Source: Octopus sinensis
Taxonomy: Eukaryota
DNA: 64,000 nt
Reading direction: 5' to 3'
NCBI RefSeq assembly: GCF_006345805.1
Contig: NC_043025.1
Coordinates: 2,480,001 to 2,544,000, forward strand
Shown here piece by piece: positions 1 to 13,289 of the stretch. A program made the translations under genes and the position numbers. Numbering within the stretch: position 1 is the first letter of the stretch; every line of letters begins with the position of its first letter. Under the pieces are notes generated by a model. It saw only the letters and a program-made list of their open reading frames with translations. It had not been told where the DNA came from and did not search any database.

Positions 1-239
1 CTAGACAGTTCTCCATGTAATGGAAATGTGTCAGACCACTTTTAGTCACTTGTAATATTGTCAGAATCTTTCCACAGCATATCCCCTTTATAGAATTAGT
101 CTCCCCTAAATTCCACTTGAGAATTAATGTCATAAATTCCAATTCAATCCGTACATTTCGGTAACTTTCTTATTTAATTTTGCAACGTTTTGTGTTTTCT
201 TTTTGTTGTTGTTGAAGGAATTACTGTTATCTATTATTC

Positions 240-1518
240 GTTTCGTTTTCTGGTGCTAGAACGTGTAATTACAAATTGTTTCTGTGTTGGTACCTCAAAT
301 GTGTCGTACAATACATTCATGAGAAATTCACTTCTTTTGTCTGATTTTTCCTTGAATCAGGTTATAAGTTGGTTAATAAGTCTTTTATGTTCGATATTTG
401 TTTTTACCTTTTACCAGGAATATCATTCTTGCAATTTATAAAACAATTGTACCATCCTCCCAGCCTTGTTTAATATATGTATAGGTCTTTAATAAAGTTT
501 GTCAGCTAACTTGAAGAATTTTGAAGTATTATTCCTTTTTTTTATATTTTCACTCGGTATCGGCTGATCAAAGATGGATCTGATTATTCTAACAAACATC
601 AAATATCTTTGTAACCAGAGATGTCTGCTTTCTACATTTATGCACTTCAGACCGTGTTGAAAAACATTCCCCAACAACGAAGTGACATGAAACCTTAAGT
701 GATTTTGGCCACGGGTGCCATTTCGTGACGGGTGTATTTGGAGCTAGAGAACAGCGTATTGCATACTATCACTATATCTTCAATGTTACAGTCCGTTGTC
801 TAGCAGTTTCGCTAGATATTTATTTCTTTTACTCATATACTGATAATAACGGACGATGATCTGTCTGTATTCAAAAACTTCTGCCGTGTAAAAATCTATG
901 CAATTTTTTATGGCAAAAATAATTACAAGAGCCTCTTTTTTGATTTGGCTGTAATATTTTCTGCTGATATCATGAACCACCGCCTTCATGCTACCATCTT
1001 TTTATTTATGTAGCATTTCTGCGCCGATTGAGTATTCAGAGGCATCTGAAGTTACAACATTCTCCGCTACAGAATCGAAGCGTGCTAACAACAAATCAGA
1101 TGTTAATATTTTAAAATTTCGTCGAATTCCCTTTGACAATTTTCAGAGCAATTTCAATTGACATTTTTTAAATACATAATCTACTGTAACACTTACCCTA
1201 TGCATATTTAGAATATAATTTTGGTAATAATTTGCTTGTCTCCAAAGCAATTATGTAACGTCGTTATATTGCCTCTGCCTTCAACGGATCTGGTCCTCGT
1301 CCATTTCTTTCAAGTGTTTGTCCAATTCACGCTTTCTTTTTCAACGTAATCCCTAATTTTTTCGAACATATATATTACTTGCTCTACATGTTGATCCCGT
1401 GATTCGCTTTTAATAAGTATATCATCCATATATGGAAATGCAAATTCACTATCCGCTAACACTGCATCCATAAGCTGTTGAAAAATCGGTGTGACATTAA
1501 AGACATATACTAACCTGT

Positions 1519-1556
<38 letters not shown>

Positions 1557-3470
1557 CGTTAATTTTTAGGTATTTATAGCATTCATCGTCTACGTTAATA
1601 TGTAGGTATGCCACCGTCTAATTTTGCAAATATATCCCCCAGGGTAGGTAGCTGATAGTGGAACGTTTTATGATACTCATTTAAACCAGTGGAAAAATCA
1701 GCATACACTCTGATTTTGTTTATTTGTTTCTAACGCTGCAAAAGCTTATCTGTTCCAACGATGCAAAAGTTACAGATCGCTTATATTTAAATACCGGTTT
1801 GGCATTTACTTTTACTTGGAACTTCGTTTTCGTTTTGATGCTGAGATCTAATTTATCAGAGAGAACTTCAGGAAAAATCTTTTAAAATTATTTTTACAAA
1901 TCGTCCGCCGATTCATTTGTATTGGCAAGAAAATCATTCACATTTTTACTGAAAAGATTTATGGGGAGTTCCCATAAGTTAAACAATTCTATTCCGTGTT
2001 CTGAATAAATTTGTGATAGCTTTGGTTTTTAAGGTTTTCCTACGAAATGGAACGTGATTAATCATTACGCCATTAAAATGTAATTATTTTCCTGAAACAT
2101 CACCTGCAATTTTCGAAATGTCTTTTAATCTAGGAATTCTGTTTTTTTTCTATGTATCTGTGTTAATTATCGAGATATCACTGCCCTTATCTAGTTGCAA
2201 CTTTACGTACACAAATTTCCTTTGAGACTGTTCGTTTTTTGTTCACCGATAACCTGTTTTCGTGTTTTTTTTCTGTTGAAATGTTTTCCAGGTTTGTTCT
2301 ACAGTGTGATATTTTATGATCTCTCTTGCCACATTTGACTCCTATTATATTTTTAAACGGGCAATTACTTTTAAAATGTTGACTATCGCACCCATAACAT
2401 TGATTCGATATTCACATTTGTTTCTCTTATTTCTTATCCGTTACGGTGGAGACACTAGAATATGAGAGCAATCTTTTTCTTCAATTTCGTTTTGGGCGTC
2501 GCTTTCTTCATTTTTTTCTGCGTCGTCTTCCTGACATTCTTCTGCTTCTGTTTGTAGAGTTACTTTTTGTCGAGTTCTAATTTTGTTGACATCCGTGAAC
2601 ATATATCTCCATCTTTGCTTGCAGTTACGCCTTAAACCAAAAATATGCATTTGGACATCATCTTAATACATATGATTTGAATTTTTTACACTTTCCGTTA
2701 ACATCCCCCGGACAGGTGACGAAATCTTTATGTTATTGGACAAAATATAAAAACTGACCTCAAGTATTTAGCAGAGAACTTCCTTCACTTAAACGTTTTG
2801 ACAAAATTTCGTTTTGGGATTTTAACCGGGCAGTTACTTTTAAAATGTAGACCACAACATGGACTCCTTCTTGACATTATTTTCTCTTATTTCTTATCCG
2901 TTACGGTGGAGACACTGGAATATGAGAGCAATCTTTTTTTTCTTTTTTCTCTGCGTCGTCTATCCTAGCATTCTTCTGCTTCTGTCTGAAGAGTTAATTT
3001 TCGTCCAGTTCTAAATCATTTGATAAAATGTTAATAGTTTTTATTGAAACAAATCTCACTTGACTTCATGGGCAGAATATAATTACTATATTTTTTGTAT
3101 TCGGCAAGGGATACCTGTCTTACAAAGTAGTGGTACTATTTTTTCTCTCAGATCAATTTTTAAATTCTTCTTTGAGAATTTATTCGTATCTTCGAAAATA
3201 TGCAGAGAACATAATCCCATCTTCTGGATTATGACTGAATTCTTCAATAGAGATTGCTACGCTGTCTGGCAAGTTCACGCCTGAAGTATTTTTAGACTTC
3301 TTTAACATTGATTCCAGCAACTCTTGGTTTTCTTGTTGTTGCTGTTGTAGTTGCTCTTGTTGTTGTTACTATTGTTGCTGTTGCAACTGCACCACAGACG
3401 CCAATAAGCCTTCTATCTTAAACAATTTTTCTTTGGTTTCATACCCATCCCAAACAAATTTAAACGTCCA
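240..3470 (-). mobile_element. Decayed Ty3/Gypsy LTR-retrotransposon gag-pol remnant
   Basis: RNase H-like YYSQIKKEALVIIFAIK (ORF 786-989), RT xDDILIK near 1410-1435, protease-like LDKGSDISII near 2165-2200; many stops and frameshifts. Confidence 0.75.
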
Positions 3471-3619
3471 TCGCAAACTCCGAAGAACTCTTCGCCACTT
3501 TTAAACCCTGGTTTGGAACGTATGATTTAAGGAATCAGGGGGAAAGAAAGTGTTTACACGATGCGAATCGAGTACTCAACACTCTCTGTCAATGGCTCAC
3601 AGTGAACTATTTATCAATT

Positions 3620-4470
3620 AATTGCTGAAGACTCGACAGTTGTCTATTTAATAGGAATATGTCAGTTCCCTTTTAGTCAATTGGAAGGTGGTCGGAATCC
3701 TTCCACAACAATACAGAAATAATGTAGATCTCTTCCTTGTAGCACAGAGAGTTTCACACCAAATGACGTAAAGGAAGATATGCAGTTGTAATTGCTGATG
3801 ATTTTTTCGAAATGAAGCAGACTCTTGGTAATTTTCTCAGACAAACGCTTCAAAGTCTGAAAGTTTAGTTGCAGTGGAGGAAAATTCACTTTATTATTGT
3901 GACAGAACATGAAGTTTTCATATTTAAAGTTCAGTGCTCCACAATACTCGCAATATAAGTACATATCACCAATACGATAGGTTAGTTTAGGATTATTGTG
4001 TCTGTTTTCGGTAGTCCATGTCTTCCTTCACGCTTTCGTTGCACCTGTTCATCTCGCAAACGTAACGCCTGTTCAGCATTCATACTTGCAACTCCATCTT
4101 GATGTCTCTCTGTTTGACCTTGGAGACAAGCAGCCCTTTCCAAATCATCCATATTCTCCCCTCTCTGTTACATTACGCTTTTTCTGTTGGTCCTGATACT
4201 GCGCACGCTGCATATCATTAATAACTTCCATTCTCCGCTGAAATATCAATCTTTGTTGTTCCTTGTACTCTGTTTGTTCTTCCTCATCCTGTCTTCTACC
4301 TTGGTCTCGCATTCTCACTCACTGCAATTGTGCATTGCGTTGCTCTTCATCTATTGCAGATCGTCTCATCTGTTGGTACCGTTTGTCCCTTTCTCTGGAT
4401 TCTTACCTCTATTCTTCACTTATTCGCTGCCTGTAGTGCCTAACCCTCTCGCGAATAGCTTCTAATCTCT
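3620..4470 (-). mobile_element. Helitron Rep N-terminal remnant
   Basis: IGDMYLYCEYCGALNFKYE..CHNNKVNFPPL and YN..SSFTSFG match the usual Helitron Rep N-terminal Cys motif. Confidence 0.7.
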
Positions 4471-4733
4471 ATCTATCCACTGTTCAGTCAAATTTTGTAA
4501 TTTGCTTATTTCATAAGCACAGATTTGGAACAAGGATCAAATAACCGTAAACTGCGAATTTCTATCTCCCCCATAGCGGAAGCACAACCAACGGCAGATT
4601 GTATGAGAAGCAGTAACATCAACCGGGATCTTGTAGATATGGAAATTACTGTGTCCACCTTTTTTTTAATTGAAATATATATATATTTTAATTATAATGT
4701 GTATATTTCTTAATTGTAATATATATATATATA

Positions 4734-4766
<33 letters not shown>

Positions 4767-5519
4767 GCCTTACATTTGACACTGTAAATAAGTGTGAATA
4801 TTTAACAGAATTGCAGTTATGAGCAAGTGTTGAATGAAAGGTGGTATAAAATAATTTGTTCAATTGAAAAGTTACTTTGCATTATGCACTCACAATTACC
4901 ACTTCCACCACAAACACTACCACCGTCACTCACTCCCCTTTCTCTCATTTTCTCAGATTATATATCTATCTGTTTATCGACCTATCTGCCTCCTTTAATC
5001 TCACCATCAGAACGTCACCGCTCTGCTAAGATTATATTCGTAACCCTCCTCAATATCACTACCTTCCACTAACCTTTTCATCACGTAATAAATATTACGG
5101 TCCCCCTACCACATATACTCTCCCTCTTTTTCTTCCCCGGACTTTTTTCTCTCCCCTTTTCTCCCTCTCCCTCTCCCTCTCTTTCTGCCCCACTCTTCGA
5201 CTTACTTTCGTTTTCTCATTCATTTTTCTTTCTCTCGGTCTCTCATTCCATTCAACTAATCACGTGAAAGCATTACAGTCACGTTCCTTCTACCTCAGGT
5301 CACGGACATTTCTCTTTCGCTCTTTTTCGTTCTCCCTCTTTTTCTCTAATCACGAGAAAGCGTTACCGACGGAGTAATTAACATAATGACAAGCAGAATT
5401 ATTATAAGATCAGAAATATTATATTTAAGTTTTCTTCATGACAGACTCCTTCGTTTCCTCCTTTTTTTTTTACATCATTCTTTTCTTCAGCTCCTACATT
5501 TTCTGCCACTTCTCTTATT

Positions 5520-5708
5520 GTTGTTTTAAAGTTGTTGCTGTTGTTGTTGCATATCATCATTATCATCATCATCGTCATCATCATTATCATCATCATATTC
5601 TCCTTGTTGTTGTTGTTCTTCTTCTTCTTCTTTTTCTTCTTCTTCTTCTCTTCTTCTTCTCCTGCTCCACCTCCTCCTCCTCCTCCTCCTTCTTCTTCTA
5701 TTTTTCTT

Positions 5709-5751
<43 letters not shown>

Positions 5752-5780
5752 TACCACTACTACTGCTGCTGCTGCAGCTT
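5520..5780. repeat. Compound trinucleotide microsatellites (GTT/CAT/CTT/CTA/CTG)
   Basis: Directly visible; source of spurious homopolymer ORFs. Confidence 0.95.
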
Positions 5781-6061
5781 CATCGTTGTTTCCTTTTTCG
5801 GCCTATTCTTCATCATCAACTTTCTCTAATGTTAGTAATCTTCTTCATAATAAGATCACGATATGTCATCCAATGTCATTTCCACAAACTAAATGTCTCT
5901 CTTATCTTGTTTATTTACCCTCATTCTTCTACAATTCATATTGTCTTGCAATTTGTGTTTGCCTGTGTGTAAGAAAGTGGGAATATATGTGTGGCCTGGA
6001 AGTGAGTGTGTGCGTTTATACATCAGGGTTTGAAAAGGTATATATAGGTGGATGTGTGTAT

Positions 6062-6153
<92 letters not shown>

Positions 6154-6157
<4 letters not shown>

Positions 6158-6660
6158 TTGTATTTAGGAATGGTCAAATTGCCAGTTTAGCCAATAAAAA
6201 CTCACGCACTATATATTTGGCGTTACTTTGATTCAGCTTTATTTGTTTTTGACGTTAATCTTAATCTTCTTTCGAACGTATATAAACAGGAGATACAAAT
6301 ATTACAGGCACTCCCTCCCACAGACACACACACTTTAATTAAATATAGACACATATAGAGGTATATACAGGCGCAAATGAAGACATATACAATAGAAATA
6401 CAAAATATAAAATGGCTGACCGTTAGTAAGAAGAGACACACAAATATAAATGAAGAAAGCAATAAACCACTGATGAGGTCACAGGAGCGTGACGAAAGAA
6501 CTCTGGCCGAAATAAGAGTAAGATTAATGTAACAAATAAATAACGCTGAAGGAAAGTAACACCAAATATATAGTGCGTGTGTTTTTTATTGGCTAAACTG
6601 ACAAAATGACCATTCCTAAATACAACAAATATCTGTTTCAACACACGATTTCACATCAAA
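6154..6660 (+). mobile_element. Penelope-like element remnant with ~85-bp inverted terminal segments, between (TA)n tracts
   Basis: 6154-6238 is an imperfect reverse complement of 6545-6630; hammerhead motif inside; (TA)n on both sides. Confidence 0.6.
6467..6506 (+). ncRNA. Minimal type I hammerhead ribozyme motif
   Basis: cca-CTGATGA-g-gtcac(aggagc)gtgac-GAAA-gaac-TC-tgg: canonical core, stems I and II, tiny stem III; one unpaired G at the base of stem II. Confidence 0.65.
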
Positions 6661-6683
6661 ATTCTTGCAAAACAAACTGAAAC

Positions 6684-6766
<83 letters not shown>

Positions 6767-6999
6767 TGTGTGTTTGCGTTTGTTTGATGTGTGACTACAG
6801 TATTTGTATTAATATTCTTTTATTCCCACTTGTTTCCCCATGCTGATATTCCACGTTATTTTTCTTGTCCTAATATATCTTCTTTTCCTGCATTTATCGT
6901 ATTCATCATAAATTTTTCTCTACATTCATCTTGTTCATCATTTTATGGTTCTTCTGCTTTTAAGTTTTTCAACTGCTTTCCCCTCTCTTCATGAATCAT

Positions 7000-7420
7000 T
7001 TTTGCTTCTTCTTCTTCTTTTTCTTCTTCTTCGTCTTCTTCTTCTTCTTCTTCTTCTACTTCTTCTTCTTCCTCTTTTTCTTCTTCTTCTTCTTCTTCTT
7101 CTTCTTCTTTTCTTCTTCTTCTTCTTCTTCTTCTTCTTTTTTCTTCTTCTTCTTCTTCTTCTCCTTCTTCTTCTTCCTCTTTTCTTCTTTTTCTTCTTCT
7201 TCTTCTTCTTCTTCTTCTATTTTTCTATATCTATAATTATATGATTTATTTTTCTTCACCTTCTTCGTTATTCTTATCAATTTCTAATTTTCATCACATC
7301 TTTCATCATCATTATGGTCATCTTCATCATCATCGTCACCATCGTCATCATCGTCATCACCATCGTCATCATCATCATCATCACCATCATCATCATCATT
7401 ATCATCATCATCATCATCAT
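7000..7420. repeat. (CTT)n and (CAT)n microsatellites upstream of LRR exon A
   Basis: Directly visible. Confidence 0.95.
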
Positions 7421-7854
7421 TAGTATCATCTTCATCGCTATCATATATATACTCCTTCTGCTAATCGTATTTTCGTATACACTAATCGTTATAATTTATC
7501 TTGTCATCATAACTATTTCCTTCCCTCATTTACTCTGCTATTTCTAGCATGCAGAATCATCATCTCCTTCGTTATGAACATCATAATAATCAACGTCTTC
7601 ATCACCAATTAATCGGTAGCGTTTGTCATCCTTTTCGATAATAATCATCATCATTTTTCCCTCTCACCGTCATCATTACAACATTTACAATCAACATCGC
7701 AATACTACTCATCATCATCATCTTCAACATCATTTCGGCCATTCTCTCCTTCACCGTCCTCTTTTTATTAATATCATTCTAAAGATACAAGATTTAATAT
7801 TTTATAAGAAATCTTTTTAATACATTTTCTTTTGAACTGTGTTTTATTTTTCAG

Positions 7855-7926
7855 ATTCCTCAGTTTTAATCAGATCGCAACCATCCAACAAGGATCCTTT
7901 CAAAACCTTCAAAGTTTAGTTGAAAT
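7855..7926 (+). CDS. Internal 72-bp exon encoding one typical extracellular-type LRR: FLSFNQIATIQQGSFQNLQSLVE(I)
   Basis: Acceptor gttttatttttcag, donor gtaagt, 72 nt, phase 2-2, no stop; fits xLxxNxIxxIxxxxFxxLxxLxxL. Confidence 0.88.
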
Positions 7927-8792
7927 GTAAGTTGCTAAAGTTTTTTGATATTATTTTATTTACGAAATTTTTCTAGGAACTTGATGTCTTCTCATCTTCC
8001 TTTTTCTCTCTCTATCTCTAACTAATGTTCTGCTACTATTTCCATGTAAGACTGTGTATGAATGTGTCTATGAAATGTTTGTGTCTCTATGTGTCTCCAT
8101 AAATGTCTAACATTTTGTGTATGAGTGTACGATTGCACGTGAATATGTATGTTTGCATTTGTGTCTATAGGTGGGTATATTATGAAATATATATTTATGC
8201 AGAGTTATACTCACTTCAAGAAAAGAAAGTATAGAAATATATTCATCCTCACTCTTTTGAGATACTGATTCAATAATGAGTTATTTTAAACTCTACAATT
8301 ACATGACCTGCTGAAGTTGGTAGTCGTCATTTTCTATTTGTACAGTGAGCTACAGCTGGGGCAATTATGTCAAACTGTCCAGTGTGATGGCTGCATATGC
8401 CGTTTCAATTTCTTTAGGAAGGATGTTAGTGTAGTCAGTCGTCCACAACATAAAACAACGTTTGGTGTGTCCCTCGTACGTTTGTGTCTGCGTGTATGTC
8501 TGATAATTTTACTTATGTTGATATATTTTTATTATCATTTCTATCCTCATTCCCAAATTTTCTTGTTATTGTTTTGCTTGTCCATCTTGTCTGTTTTTTG
8601 CTACTTATATTACTTTTTCTTCAACACCGACTTCTTCGTTGTTATTGTTTTGTTGTTGTTGTTGTTCTTCTTCTTCTTCTTCTTCTTCTTCTTCTTCTGC
8701 GCCTCCTCCACCTGCTCCTCCTCCTCCTTCTTTTTCTTCTTCTTCTTCTCCTTATTCTTCTTCTTCTTTTTCTTCATCTTCTTCGTACTAAA

Positions 8793-8860
<68 letters not shown>

Positions 8861-9289
8861 ATAACGAAATACATTATAATCGAACCAAGTGAAACTGAGT
8901 TTATTGAGCAGAGTACTTTTAAAATGTCAACTGATGAGAAACATCTGCAAGGAAGATGCACCGCGGCCAATCGACCATTATCTCATCCGTGAGGGGCCGA
9001 TTGAAGACGGGTTGAAACAGCAGTAATGATTAATGTATCAAGTAAAATCCATTTTCCATTTCTGTCATACGTGTGTGTGTGTGTGTGTGTATTGTGTATG
9101 TGTGTGTGTTTGTGTGTGCATACGCTTAGGCGTTGGCTTGGCTGTGTGATAAGAATTTTGCTTCTGTATTCAGTCCCTCTGCGCGTACTCTGCACTCCAA
9201 CCGAACAAACCCGTGTATGTTAATTAATTGGGTTCACGGTAACTGAAAGAAACCCGTCGTATATATAAATTTTCTAAACGAGCTATGTT

Positions 9290-9680
9290 TAATAAAAGTA
9301 ACTCATGTTACCTGAGCAATAATGCAACTGCCCCAGCTTTTCTGACACTTTCCGAAATCCGCCCTGGACTTAGTTTCCATAGGCGAGTCGAGGACCTCTT
9401 GACTTCGACAATGATGATAAGTTTGCTCTTAATCTCGACCTCTGAGCTGATTTTTCATCTTGAAAACGGATGCATGTCAGCAGGTGGTAAATCTGGCGAA
9501 TAGGGCTGATGCGGACGCAGTTGCATGTTGTTTTTGGCAAGAAACTTGCGAGTGAGGTGATAGGTGCATTTTTGTCGTGAAAAATTCAATACTTCGCGAA
9601 TCCAGATCCAGTCATTTTCCCCAAACGTCCTCCCTGAATAATCTCCCAATGCACACTACCGAGGATGTCGGAAAAATATG
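9290..9680 (-). mobile_element. Mariner transposase C-terminal remnant
   Basis: HQPYSPDLPPADMHPF resembles the mariner HPPYSPDLAPSD motif (ORF 9455-9649). Confidence 0.75.
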
Positions 9681-9844
9681 ATGAACTTGCTCTTTATTAA
9701 GCTGTGATTTATTCGTGCGCCCATACACTCGAAACATTACGTACGACCCACTGTCGTAGAGTAATGTTTCGAGTTGTAAGGTACCCCACGAGTGGAATTA
9801 TATATGAAAGAAGGTTTGAAAATGCAATGTTAAAAAATATGTAT

Positions 9845-9889
9845 TTACTTGACCGGTTTCACTTATTTAAAAAGAATTGTCAAAAGCAA
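9845..9889 (-). ncRNA. Minimal hammerhead motif, U3-A8 variant (degenerate stem II)
   Basis: Minus strand ttgctt-TTGACAA-ttctttttaaataagt-GAAA-ccgg-TC-aagtaa. Confidence 0.5.
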
Positions 9890-10199
9890 CATGTAAACGC
9901 TTTGTTGCGTTAGGTACTGGTTGTCACAAAGTATTACAATACATATATACGCTCTTTAATAATAATAAGAATATGTCAATCTTGAATATGAACATCTTGG
10001 GAAAATATAAAAGAAATTTGACAACTTCATTAAAATATTGGGTACAAAATATTACAATACATATATGCATTATTTGATAATAAAGAGAGAATGTTAAAAC
10101 AGTTTACAGAAAGAATTATTAAAAAGTTCAGAGGAAAATTGGTATTGTATCTGTATATATACACACAGAAAATTATAAGTTCAAAAAAGGTTACATTTT

Positions 10200-10347
10200 G
10201 GTAGTATATAAATGTACAATGAGGGAGATATGTTTAGTTTCAACGGACCTGATTCACCATATTATCGTAAAAGCTTTTACAATAATATGGTGAATCAGTT
10301 CAGTTCAAACTAAACATATCTCCCTCATTGTACATGTATATACTACC
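10200..10347. repeat. 148-bp near-perfect loopless palindrome
   Basis: Centre aag|ctt at 10273/10274; 74-bp arms with about 5 mismatches by manual count. Confidence 0.92.
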
Positions 10348-10428
10348 TAAATGTTCATATTATTATCAAAGAATGTGTGAGTATGTATTGTAGACAACCA
10401 GTACCTAACACAACAAAGCTTTTACATG

Positions 10429-10474
10429 TTACTTTTGACAATCTTTTTCTAAAAAAGTGAAACCGGTCAAGTAA
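10429..10474 (+). ncRNA. Minimal hammerhead motif, U3-A8 variant
   Basis: ttactt-TTGACAA-tctttttctaaaaaagt-GAAA-ccgg-TC-aagtaa: perfect 6-bp stem I, palindromic stem III. Confidence 0.6.
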
Positions 10475-10529
10475 ATAAACATCTTTTAAAATTGCATTTT
10501 CAAACCTTCATTCTTTTATTCGACTGGCC

Positions 10530-10890
10530 GAGTTTATGGGATTGACCGGAGTTCGCTGCCGCTGCAGTCTTTTGAGTTTCCTGCCCTGATATTGGTTCAC
10601 TTGGATAGCAAGAGGTCAAGTGGTATCTTGAAACATCTACACCCACTCCTCAGATGTGTTGGCAAGGCGTTAAATATCTGTGAGCACTTGAACTCCAAAC
10701 TATTGCAGTACATTCTCCTAATATTAAATGAGAGAGCCGGGACATTTGGAACCGTGCAGTGACGTCCAATTTGAGGTCTGGTATAATTCTGAATTCTAAA
10801 GTTTGATACCAGATTCCCTAGTAACTTCCACACATATCACTACATACCTCTCCGGTTTTCGCTCCATGGAGTAGAGTCGTAACTCTTGCA
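10530..10890 (-). mobile_element. CR1-like LINE ORF2 C-terminal remnant
   Basis: WKLLGNLV..GRHC..NSLEFKCSQIFNALPTHLR..FKIPLDLLLS (ORF 10597-10833); paralog at about 46625-46910. Confidence 0.55.
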
Positions 10891-10893
10891 TAT

Positions 10894-11274
10894 ACTCTTT
10901 ACTCTGTTACTTGTTTCAGTCATTTCACTGCGGCCACGCTGGAGCACCGCCTTTTAGTCAAGCAAATCGACCCCGGGACTTATTCTTTGTAAGCCCAGTA
11001 CTTATTCTATCGGTCTCTTTTCCCGAACCTCTAATTGAAAGCGACGTAAACACACCAGCATCGGTGGTCAAGCAATGCTAGGGGGACAAACACAGACACA
11101 CAAACATACACACACACGCATAGATATATACATATATACGACGGGCTTCTTTTCAGTTTCCGTCTAATAAATCCACTCACAAGGCTTTGGTCGGCCCGAG
11201 GCTATAGTAGAAGACACTTGCCCAAGATGCCACGCAGTGGGTCTGAACCCGGAAGCATGTGGTTGGTAAGCAAG

Positions 11275-11276
<2 letters not shown>
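10894..11276 (-). mobile_element. tRNA-derived SINE with internal (CA)n/(TA)n
   Basis: Reverse complement of the SINE at 17730-18186; absent from copy B near 46910. Confidence 0.85.
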
Positions 11277-11317
<41 letters not shown>

Positions 11318-11944
11318 TATAATATACATATGTGTGTGAGTGTGTGTGACTTAGTCTCTATGTTTGTACTCACTACTTCTTCACAACCTATGTTAGTGCG
11401 TTTAATTCCTCGTCAGTTAGCGATTTCGCATAAGCGGCCGACAGGGTAAGTACCAGGGTTTAAGAGAATAGTTAGTGGTCTCGATTCGTTCGAGTTACAT
11501 AATTGAAGGTGATTCTCCTGCTGCAAACTGTCAACTTACTGAAACAAGTAAAAGAAGAAAGAATGGTATATACATACATACATACATACTTACATACATG
11601 CATGCATACATGCATGCATGCATGCATGCATACATACATACATACATACATACATACATACATACATACATACATACATACATACATGCATATATACGAA
11701 ACTGATGAGGAATAAGCGAATGGTTTCAACGACATTCTTTATTCCATATCCCTGCAATTGTGTCAACACATCACACCCGTATTCCATTGATGAGATGATA
11801 TGGTTAATATCTTGTGTGATCACTGCCATTCATCAAAGGTGGAACATGTGTCTGTGAAATGATAGTATGATCTAACGTAGAACTTATTGAAATACTCACC
11901 TAAAAGCATATTTTACTCCTACGATATATGGTAAGAATTAAGCT

Positions 11945-12235
11945 GAGATCCCCGTCGGTCATGTCTGAACGTGGGATTGCACCTAAAAAGTACCCTCCCA
12001 GGCACAAGTCCGGGCAATGTTGTTTATGGAAGACCAGAAGTCGCCCATACATATCGGCCTCCCCTCTCTATCTAAGGGAAAGGCAAAGAGGCTGATACAA
12101 CTTGGAACCTGTGTCGTCGCAACTCATTTTTACAGCTGATTGAACTGGAGCAACGCGAAAGAAAGGGTCTTGCTCAAGAGCTCAACACGCAGCACGATTA
12201 TAAGCTCCACGCTCTAACCACAGAGCCATGCGCTA
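11945..12235 (-). mobile_element. Second SINE-like family (paralog about 47570-47895)
   Basis: Minus strand begins with a tRNA-like head gcgcatggctctgtggttagagcg; GC-richer island shared with copy B. Confidence 0.6.
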
Positions 12236-13173
12236 TATATTAATTATATCATCTGAACAATATACAATGGTAGTGTTTTAGAATAAAGAATATCGTTTAA
12301 TTCATTCTCTCTTATTCACCTCTGTTTAAACACTAAACAGAAAAAGGAAAAAGAAACAATTTTTCCACAATAAAAAACTGAGATACAACAGACATAATTC
12401 AAAAATCTTTAGTAACAGTCTTCAACGCGGATTTCGAAATAGCAAATCCAAATCGCCATACAATAACACCATATAAACACCAGTTGCTGATGTCACATAA
12501 ATCATTGAAATTTTACATCTGATCAGAACCGAACTTGAGCAAACACAACAAAGTGACGCTTTAAGAGAATCAATCAACTGGAATGGCTTATGCCCATCCC
12601 CCAATGGGAAGCCCATCAGACAGAACCACAACCTTGCCCACCAGAAAAATTAGAGGTCACTTGTAATTTAATGAAGCAAATATCAGATCGGTTCACGGAA
12701 AAAAATTGTAAACACATCCAATTCCAAAAAACGCCGTTACAAGCAAAAGTCCTTGCACACGACGGAAAATGATTCACAGGGACTGTGCTCAAAGATTTCC
12801 CTTTTTCCACTATCTCAATTATTCCCTTGTTTTTCTCCTTCTTTACCCTGTATGGCCGAAACTCTGATGATACACATTTCTTATCAATCTTTTGAATTTT
12901 ATGCTTTTAACCAAGATGTTCCACATCTTTTATATTATTGAATGTTATGAATATTTAAATCATATTTCATATTACTGAAACTTGTAAACATTGAAACATG
13001 TTTTTTTCGTTCATTATTTTAAATTTTTACCATTGATAAACCCAAAATATTGTTGAAACTAGTTTTGTATGTATGTAAATAAGGTTATTTAAAACCAATT
13101 ACAAGTTTTTTAAATTGTGGTGCATTGTGAACAACAAATTTTCCTATAGTTTTGCCTCCTCATATATACATAC

Positions 13174-13289
<116 letters not shown>

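Larger units (their letters stand above)
9806..10510. mobile_element. Inverted pair of Penelope-like pLTR fragments (~120 bp arms) enclosing a long palindrome
   Basis: 9806-9925 is an imperfect reverse complement of 10393-10509; each arm has a hammerhead motif. Confidence 0.6.

Noticed and set aside
8346-8470. Possible exon after ttttctatttgtacag (ELQLGQLCQTVQCDGCIC..)
   Set aside because: No recognisable domain, Cys residues lost in the paralog, no strong donor.
5402-8892. Long ORFs rich in poly-L/F/H/I/T/S (also 43600-45750) and YI/HT/CV dipeptide ORFs elsewhere
   Set aside because: Translations of di-, tri- and tetranucleotide microsatellites; repeat lengths differ between the duplicates.
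11702-11750. CTGATGA followed by a ggaataa..ttattcc stem
   Set aside because: No GAAA or cleavage triplet after the stem.
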